This document shows, one piece after another, positions 38,907-47,760 of a stretch of DNA of 49,722 nt. Each line of letters starts with the position of its first letter. Positions within the stretch are counted from its first letter, which is position 1. Location of the stretch: the NCBI GenBank assembly GCA_000442015.1, contig KE560729.1, positions 1 through 49,722 of the forward strand. Reading direction: 5' to 3'. The DNA comes from Rozella allomycis CSF55. Its lineage: Eukaryota. Both the position numbers and the translations under genes were made by a program. The notes beneath the pieces were generated by a model. It worked only from the letters and a program-made list of their open reading frames with translations. It made no database searches and was not told the DNA's origin.

Positions 38907-39486
38907 ATGTCAAGAAAGAAATCAACAAGCAATGTGAGTGAAGGTAATAGAATATAAAAAGAAAAAAGCAGAATCCGATGTATTTGTGTACAAGGAGAAT
39001 GAACAATGGAGATACGGTAAATCAAAGTAGATTATGTGAGATAGAGGGAAAGTATACAGTGAGTACGGGAGAAGTAATGAGAAATGGAATGGGGAAGATG
39101 TGTTATGATGGATATGTGTATGAAGGAGAATGGCTGAATGATATGATGAATGGAACAGGTACAATGTGCATTAAAATGATACAGGAACGCTGGTGTATCC
39201 GAATGGAGAGAGTTACAAGGTAGATTTCAGTAGTTAAATTAAGTAGGGCGAGTTTAAAGAAAATAAGTTTGAGGGAAAAGGAAAGTATGTGTGGCCTAAT
39301 GGTACTTTAGTTGAATTAGTTTAATGTAGGAATTGTGTATGAGGGGGAATGGAAGGATGGCAAGTAAAGTGATGGATGATGTGAAATAGAATGGATGGCA
39401 TTGGAGTGTTGACAATGGAAGGATGTAGATGGACGGGTCCATTTGAGCAAGGAGTTGCCAAGAATTTAAAAATACTGTATAAATAA
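38907..39486 (+). CDS. MORN2: MORN repeat protein, MORN2-like (7 exons)
   Basis: YEGEWLNDMMNGTGTLVYPNGESYKGEFKENKFEGKGKYVWPNGIVYEGEW..WTGPF..NLK; six 26-28 nt introns. Confidence 0.8.
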
Positions 39487-39504
39487 AAGAAAGAGTGAAA
39501 TTGT

Positions 39505-39609
39505 AAATAAAGACTATTAAAATAAAGACTATTAAAATAAAGACTATTAAAATAAAGACTATTAAAATAACGAGTATCAAAATGAAGAGCTTTAAAATAC
39601 AGACTAATA
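39505..39609 (+). repeat. 15-bp minisatellite (AAATAAAGACTATTA): 4 perfect + ~3 degenerate copies
   Basis: Read directly from the sequence; lies between the convergent MORN2 and UBA1 stop codons. Confidence 0.95.
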
Positions 39610-39640
39610 AAGACTTTTAACCGATGATATCATAAATTTA

Positions 39641-42600
39641 TTAAGGTCTGATTCTTATTTTAACATATGGCACTTCAACATCATCATCGTTAGCATCATT
39701 AACACAAACTTCCAGAATGATATCTTTAACATGTGCTGGAATAGGTGTTTTCGTGATAGATTCAACCAGTTGAGAGATGGGAATGTTCATTCTTTCTTCC
39801 AACTTCTTTTTGTTCATAAAGAACGAGTAGAGCATGCTAACGTTGCAAGAGACCATAGTGATTGATAGACTGTGTTGAGACTTGAAAATGTCAATTAGCT
39901 GAGAAAGAGTAATGTCACCGTTGATGTCGAATCTGTCCCATAGAGTCCATTCAATGTCGTTGTATTTCAACTTTGGAGCAGCGATTGGTTCAGAGAATGT
40001 GAATAGAGGCAAAGAAAGATTAATGAAGCCATTCTTGTAATCATCGATCTTTCTGTTCCCATCGATAATCTTTAAAAGTTCTAAACAAATTAAACCAGAG
40101 ACTAGTGCAGTTGTTGTAGCGATTGCAGGAATGATTTTGCCAGCGATGAATTTAGTTTTGTGCTTGTCAGCTGGTGGAATATCATAACAAGAAGCTCTTA
40201 GATTGGAAGTTGCTGTGATGAAATCAATGTGAAAGTTTGAATCATCGTCTTTTTCAAAATCAATTCTTTGCATTTTATAGCCAGGTAGTGAATTAGGTAA
40301 AGGTAAAGATTTAATTAAAGAATCAACGTCAATGTTTAGATTAACATTTTCATTTGAATTTTCATTATTTTCAACTTGAATTTTAACTCCACTTTTTGGA
40401 ATAAATTCTTCAACTTTAATTTTATTAACAATTTCTTTAAAATAGTTTAAATCTAGAGATCCTTTTAAACCAAAATTTTGAGCTCTTAAATTTGAAGCAA
40501 AAATGATAAAATCTAAATGATCCTTGTTATTTAAATCAAACTTTAATGGCTTTGGACATCTCTTGGGTCCAGACCAAAAAGGAGTCCCACTTGAATTTAA
40601 TGAATCTGGTGGGAAATTAAACAACAATTGTTTTATATTATTACTAAAATATTCTTCAAATTTATTTCTTGCCCAAATCACACATTGTTCAAAATTAATT
40701 GGCTTTTCACTAACAAGACAAGATTCCAATCCCACAACTGCTTCCTTTAACACATTATTACCTATCAAGTATTACTAGTGGAAGATTACCTAGTTAATCT
40801 CACATATCACTACTTTTACCTTGCTTGGTCAAGTTTTCTAGATAATCATTGAATGATAAATATTGATTAACATTCTCAGCTAGATTTGTAAATAACCCTT
40901 CAAAGATATCTCTTCCCCATTGAATGGTATGTTCAATTTGATTAGGAAAATTCTTCAGAGTACACATTGGAATTGATTTCTCTGGTGGATCTTGAGATGA
41001 TGAATATGATTCAGTTAGAAATGGTACCACAACCTGTGTATTCCCCTTTGTTCCCAATGTTCCACTTTCAAGCAATGGTTTTCTATAATAAACACATCTT
41101 CTATCAACATATTTTCTTGCATCAACATTATCCAATGCATTCGTTACAACATCCAATCCCTCAAAAAATTCATCATTAAAAATATTCTCAGTTTCAATGC
41201 CAACTCTATCTTGGAAACACTCAATCTTAATATCCTTATTCATCTCCTTCACTGCCTTGGCTGCAGTCATCGATTTAGACTTTGAAACATCCCACGGTCT
41301 AAACAAGAATTGTCTATTCAAATTGCTCTTCTCAATGGAATCCATATCTGTTAAATAAATCAATCCTTCCTTTCCACTGCCAATCCCCATCATTCCCCAA
41401 TTCTTCAACATCTCACATCCAATAGCCCCAGATCCAACCAGAAACGCTTTAACATTCTCAACCTTTTCATGAAACTTTCTTCCATACAAATTAATCATTG
41501 GTGAATATCTATCATTCTCACTAGAACACTCTTCTTCATTCAACTCATAATTCTTTGGCAATGATTCAATTGAATCAAAATAGAAATATTGATAAATTGG
41601 ATAAAATTTTCCACTGCAACATTTTAATACTTCTTGCGCTACAATCCCACCTAGAAATCCACTCATGGCTGAAATATATCCCCTCGATTCAAAACTCATC
41701 TCTTTTATTATCCCTTGCTCTATTTCAACACTCATCCCCTCTTCTTTAATCATACTCTCAACAATTCTTATCAATTCTTTAGCATCTTCTTCATTTCTTG
41801 GTCTAGGCAATCTCTTATTCTCTTCTTCATATTTCTTCAATCCAATAAACCCTAAATGAATCATCATCGGTCTATCAAATTTAGAAAAATCAGAAATCAC
41901 AAACTCTGGATCTTTAAAACTTTCTCTAAACGATTTCTACTCTAACACATAAATTCTCCTTACAAATGATATCGTCTTTGGCTGCTTCACTTGTTGGAAA
42001 ATACCCCCTGATACATACTCTGACAAATTCCTTGTATCCCCAATACTAAACGTAAACGGTCCATGAACCTTCACTCTCCTAGGCTCACACCCATTCAACT
42101 CTTGCATCCCCTTAACCTCAGAAAACGTCACATAATCGCCATCCTCCAATCCATGTCTACTCTCCTCCAAACACGTCACTATCCCATCAGCCTCCCTACT
42201 CACACCAGCAACCATCCCGCTCTCAGCATCCTTGCCATTCGTATCAATAACCTCAAACTCTCTTCCAAAATCACAAAACGTAAATCTTTCTCACAAAAAT
42301 TCACCCCCTTACCCAAACAGCCCCCGCACATCAGCAGCAATAAACCCTATCCCACGCGCATGCGTATACTCATTAATCTCAACAAGCTCCCGCAAACTGC
42401 CCTCTGTCAACACAACACACTGGAACCTCTCAACCATCTCCACAGAAAACTCACCATCCAACACATGCACTGGCACATAGCTGTTCAACTCGGCCAACTT
42501 GCCCACACTCGCTTCATCCCTCCTCTTGCCATAATCACTCTCGTGCAGGAAAAACTTTACTGCGTCTATTCATCCCTTACCTGCGCCGCCAAATCCTCTG

Positions 42601-42872
42601 GCTTCACTACTCCCTTGTCATATATCGTCACCGATTTCACTCCAGCCAACACCACGTTCTTTGCTACACTCCATTCACACACTCTATTTTACCTAGTTAA
42701 ACAAATATTCCTAGTCTTACCTATCTCTATTCCTAGTCCCTTCAACCCGATTATCAAAACATCAGATTGACTCATCTTGGACATTGCCTCATGGCCAAGC
42801 ACATATCTATTTCTATACTATTCTATATACGTACAGCTGGCGTGAATATAAACTCTCATCAATAGTCGTCAT
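39641..42872 (-). CDS. UBA1: Ubiquitin-activating enzyme E1
   Basis: [35 protein letters not shown], catalytic [34 protein letters not shown]. Confidence 0.97.
40776..40789 (-). other. 14-nt micro-exon of UBA1 between 30- and 31-nt introns
   Basis: Gives KQ-GNLPL-EAV, colinear with E1 GTQPLEV. Confidence 0.75.
42664..42720 (-). other. 57-nt UBA1 intron made of two abutting unit introns (28 + 29 nt) with a zero-length exon
   Basis: ATA G|gtaagac...ttaactag|gtaaaat...gagtgtag|CA AAG. The flanks give the conserved GIEIAKNV with no residue to spare. Confidence 0.75.
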
Positions 42873-43028
42873 TCTACTACTAGGGTTATTTCAAGGGTTT
42901 TCAGAAAAATGGGAAATTAAGGGTACCAAATGACATGAAAGAAGATTACAGTTTAAAATATATTATGTTTATTTTTAATTATTAATTGATAGTATAAGCA
43001 AAATAAAAAGTATTTATTCAAATTAAAA

Positions 43029-45884
43029 TTATGCAAAAAAGTCAGTCTCAATGTCAGTCAACTCACCCTTGTCAAACATCNCTCAATATCAGTCAACTCA
43101 CCCTTGTCAAACATCTCCCAAAACTTTTCATTAAAAACAAAATCATGCTGGTTAGTAACCTCATCAAAATTAACATTAAACCATCTAGGTTTCCACACAA
43201 TACCCAACTCTTCCATTTCTTTACGCTTACTTCTCTGCTTCTCTTCCAATCGCTGCTTCTCCTCCTCAGCTTCAACAATGTTGCCCTCTTCCATCTTTCT
43301 TTGATCTGGTCTCAACCTAGAATCAGTAGCAGGGAGTTTGTTTTGAATGTCGGGCGTTATTTCATTCAGCTGCATTGTAAACTGAGAGAATCCGTAATAT
43401 TCAGCATTCTCGGGTGGAAATGGATTCGTTTGCCATAATAACTCTAATTTGTCCGAGTCAATTTGTTTATAGAATGAATCATTCCATTTGCCCTTTAAAT
43501 TACAAACAATCTTTTTCTCTGACTCATAAATTGTTCCTTTAACTTCGCAAGCTAAAATCTTTGTAAAATATAAGTATTTACATGAGCCTTTAANAAACTA
43601 AAATATTTACATGAGCCTTTAAAATAACCACTTTCAATGAATTCTAATTCACAAGATTCATTTGTCTTGTGATTCAAAATTGTACAGTTTCCAACATGCT
43701 CTAAATATTTCGTTCCAGCTAATAAATTCTTAACCTTTGACTTAACTTTTGTCCATGTAAAGTAGTCAAGAGTATCAAAGAATTTACAATGGATTGTTCC
43801 CATATTTATCAATTCCAAACTTTTGCCCCAAAATGTTGTTTTTGGTTGAATCGATCCCCAAATCTTAAACTTTGGATGAGAAACGTTAAAGGCTACAATC
43901 ACAGGGCGATGGCTCACTTTCTCTGCAAAATACCTCAAATTTAAATCTGGTCGATCTAAAACAAACGTCTCTCCTAGCAAGGGATTAAACGGCTTTCGTG
44001 TTGTTCTATTAAATGATGAAGAATATGAACTCACAACAAAGGCTGCTATATAGGCTAACCTTTGAATAGAATCACTAGCTTCTATTGCCTTGAATATTAG
44101 GCTTAGATATTCAAAATCTTCGCTAATTCTTTGCAAGAGACTCAATGGTTCATTAGTTGATATCGGCATAGATATCTGTGACATGTCCCTATCCTACCAT
44201 TACTTAAAAGCTATTACTTGCCCATGTTCCTTCTCAGAATCCCAAGTATAGAAATCTCTCCTCCACATATTTTAGATGGTAATACTTTTCTTCTGGATAT
44301 CAATCCATTTTCAATAATCTGATTATTCTCTTTAAAACTTTCATTAGAGTCTGAATCATCATCATCATCTACATCTTGTATCTTAATTTCTGAAATATCA
44401 GAAATCTCATCAAAATAATCTTCTTGTTTGTCTTCAGCGTCATAAAACACTTCATCCATTGTAAATGAAGATGCCTTTGATTGAGATCTATTTCGTTTCT
44501 CCACAGAGAGCCTATGCTCATGATTCAGATCATCCATTAAATCCAAGTATTCATTTTCCAAACGCTCCTTTTTCATTTTACAAACACTCGCATAATTTTG
44601 AAAACTCAATTCTTGCTGAGTCATAATCGCTGAACATTTCGCAAAACAACCCTCAAAGGTTTCAGAAATTTCGTCAATGTCATTTTTACTTACCACCTTT
44701 TCTTTCATTGTCTTTTTTGTCTGCTTTATTTTATCTGCAATTTCAAAATGCATTTTATTTAGATTTTCATTTTCAGCCTTAAACTGTACCAAAAATTTCT
44801 CCTCTTCAGTCATTCCATTTTCTTTGTCGTTAATCATTGATTCTTGACTAGAACTTTTTCTATACGATTTTGAATATCTTGAAATATTGATAGCTCGACT
44901 CCATTTTGTATAATCTTCGGCAGAAACAGCCCTTAACTGAAGTAGTAATGTCCCAGAGTCAATTATTATCATGTTATTCTCGGGGATTCTACTAACTGCA
45001 CAAGTCTTTAAATCCACTGATCCCCTACAATAACTTTAGAAATATCACATAGTCCAATTACCTGTTGGGATCAGAAAAATAGGATAAAACTTCTCCTTCC
45101 AATTGGAACCATCGTTTAGCAAATCCTTGCAGTTTTTTATTCTTCTTTTTCAACAACCAACCACTACAATCAGGTTCATTTTTAATGACAAGATCATTTA
45201 ATGAGTAACCATAAACTTCTTACCATTATTCTTTGCCAAAGTCACAAAAAATGTTAATCTCTTGGAGGTATTAATAGAAAACGAATTGTCAAAATATAAA
45301 ACATACACACCCGGCATTGGAACTTTATAACTTCCCTTGATTGTAAACTTTGCAGAGTCATATCGCGCCAATGTAGACACACAAATCAAATCTTCATCAA
45401 CGTCAGAAATAATAGGTCCATCCATTGAGGAAACTATTAAGTTATTAAAATAACACTACCTGAATCTTTCCTACTGGAATTAGAACCTACTTTAACTATA
45501 ACACCTACACATACTTGCTCTCAATCGAACAACAGGATGTGATTTATCAGCATCACCCTCTTCATTTCCAATTTTTTGATTCTTTGAAAACTTTCTCGCT
45601 CGTCCTGCAACATTACTCGAGCTACTGCCTAGCTTTGCAGGCGGCTGGATCGTAAAGTCCTTCAAACTGGAAAGAAAAAATTGTTCCAATTCTTTATCAT
45701 TGTTCTCCTTAAAATATTGATCGTACTCTCCTTGGCCTAGCACATAACTGGACTTGCGATAATATAGACCGAACGCTATGCCATTCTTGCGGGTAGAAAA
45801 ATTCCAATATAATGTCAGATCTTTACTGTCCGCTGTTACGTAGTATTTAAAGCAGTCTCTTTTCGGAACATCTACCTCCTGCAT
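43029..45884 (-). CDS. OSH3: Oxysterol-binding protein, Osh3-like (GOLD, PH, FFAT, ORD)
   Basis: GOLD (YVLYFDNSFSINTSK), PH (GWLLKKKNKKLQGFAKRWF), FFAT EVFYDAED, ORD RKPFNPLLGETF, EKVSHRP, TDSRLRPDQR. Confidence 0.88.
45195..45223 (-). other. Non-canonical GT-TG intron (29 nt) in OSH3-like gene
   Basis: AAT G|gtaagaagtttatggttactcattaaatg|AT CTT GTC. There is no phase-1 AG before the PH motif GWLLKK. Confidence 0.7.
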
Positions 45885-46044
45885 CTGTTTACGAAATTTC
45901 TAGATCGAAATGACAATCATGATTTAGGTGGTGAATGGAAAAGGCGCTGGCATTTTAAAGACTTTAGTTCTAGTAATCTCGTGTTCGATTTCCAGTGGAT
46001 GCGGTTTAGGGCCTGCTAACCCCTGTAAGACAGGGGTAATTTAA

Positions 46045-46235
46045 TCTTTTTTAAATATATACAATTAATTCAACGTATTTATTAAGGATGAGGGATCCAC
46101 ATCGTCAAAATCACCAAGGAGTAGAACCCTGCCTCACCCTAAAAACCCCAGAAAATTCGGAAACATGGGTGGGGATCGAATCATGCACCTAGACGTCCGG
46201 AAGCATCATAGTTTGCCACTAAACCACCGATCATC
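46045..46235 (-). mobile_element. Putative tRNA-derived SINE-like element
   Basis: A-box TGGTTTAGTGG (46226-46216) and B-box-like GATTCGATCCC (46182-46172), 33 nt apart. No acceptor stem. A GC-richer body is followed by AATAAA and an AT tail. Confidence 0.5.
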
Positions 46236-46319
46236 AAAAAATGTATTTCCAAATTTTTTTAGGAAATTTGTTTCCGTTTACTGGCGGACCAAAATCATCT
46301 CCGCCGCAAAAGCCGAACA

Positions 46320-47130
46320 TGTACGCTATCTCTCCTTTGGTACCATTTGCAATTGTGTCTACAAGTTTCGTTATAATATTATATATTATTATTGCTAATG
46401 GTCGTTCCTTCGAGAAGAAAACTATTTTCAATATACTTGAGCATTTATACTCGCCTTGCACGATCCAGGAGGTGATGGAATTTTGCAAGACACTTACGAG
46501 GTTCCAACAATACTTTTGTAATGCTTTGAATATCATCAAACAAACAGATTAATACCATTTTGGGTTTGATGATAAAACTATCGGGCTACGTCTTGCTGTC
46601 CGTCTGACTTTTTGGACGTCCAATGGAGGTAAAAGAGATGTTGCTGCAATGTTTGGGTATTTTAAAATCTACCACAAATGGATACATACATCAAATATTA
46701 AAATTATACTATTTTTGGTACAAGACCATATTAAACATTCTTCTCAAGATAATAATCAGAAAGAATGAACTTTGGGATTTGAACAATGGAAAGGTTTTCC
46801 GAACGTGGTCGGCGCAGTCGATGAAATAGTGATACCTACTCCTCCACATGGATGGTTTTGTAGAAAAATCTTCCAGCTTTTAATGTCATGGCTATACGTG
46901 GTTCGCAAAAATATTGTTATTGTATATCTTTGCGATCTGTAAGCCACAATGATCAATTCTTTTGACGTCGAAGTCATTTGGATCACAAGCAATGTCTTTA
47001 ATGCCAACGGGATACCATATTTTAGGGGATTCTAGACACGCCCTTAAATCATTTTTTATTACTCCATATGATCATGAAAATGCCACCCCGGAACACAATA
47101 ATAATTACATTAACTCAGCCACATGAATTA
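46320..47130 (+). pseudogene. Decayed PIF/Harbinger (HARBI1-like) DDE transposase
   Basis: Frameshifted fragments RSRR*W, LRLAVRLTFW, GILKSTT, GFPNVVGAVD, FCRK and HILGDSRHALKSFFITPY, in the expected order. Confidence 0.8.
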
Positions 47131-47244
47131 GTGTTTTACATAATAGTATGTTTCCTTTTGGCAACGTACTTTTAATTTGTTACACTAATACCCGGTTCAT
47201 CAATTTTTTCGTCATCGAAACTTTGCTTTGATGATTTATGATGT

Positions 47245-47760
47245 TTAATCATTGCCGCAGATATTCAGTTTAATCCAGATTGAAATGAATATGCAAGCAT
47301 TTCGGGTCCCACTTTTTTCTTTCCTTGGGGTACTCATTAATTTAAGGTGAGCTTCAGTTTTACAATATTCTGTTTTTTTGGAGGCATTCATAACAGCAGC
47401 ACTATCTGCTAAAATATTTCCACTAATTCCGGATCTTGATTGATGATAACTATTGAACGCCTCCCCATATGCAGGATAACAGGGGTCGATCATGTTTCCT
47501 GTGTGATTCACATCACTTTTTGGCTTTCTATAATCTTTTCGTGCCTGGCGCAATTTACCTGGAAGTATTTGTGGGCCCGCATTTATTTATCGTGGACTTT
47601 ACAAACATGTCCTTACCTGGGTTTTATCCACAAAGCTAACGAAAAGATATTATAAGCTTGGTTGGCGTCAAAATTATTCTTGGCGAGACGAATATTTTTA
47701 ATTTTTTCGGTTTCGTAAAGTAGCTCTTACACAAGCTTCACAGCATCAGTAGTCCACGTA
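47245..47760 (-). pseudogene. Decayed Myb/SANT-like partner ORF of the Harbinger element
   Basis: RQARKDYRKPKSDVNHTGN..PAYGEAF resembles the end of Myb/SANT-like domains. It is convergent with the transposase relic and has stops upstream. Confidence 0.5.

Noticed and set aside
39296-39580. Hydrophobic ORF with ILIVF repeats
   Set aside because: It is just the translation of the 15-bp minisatellite, antisense to MORN2.
39505-39609. CRISPR-like array
   Set aside because: Head-to-tail repeats with no spacers, in a eukaryotic context.
42063-42770. 235-aa plus-strand ORF
   Set aside because: Antisense shadow of the strongly skewed UBA1 5' region; C/A richness suppresses stop codons.
45922-46000. 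tRNA-Leu-like sequence (TGGTGAATGG..AAGGCGCTGG..GTTCGATTTCC)
   Set aside because: The acceptor and T stems do not pair and the boxes are degenerate, so it cannot be supported as a tRNA.
46019-46037. 8-bp hairpin ACCCCTGT-AAG-ACAGGGGT as a Helitron end
   Set aside because: No CTRR terminus at the expected distance on either strand.
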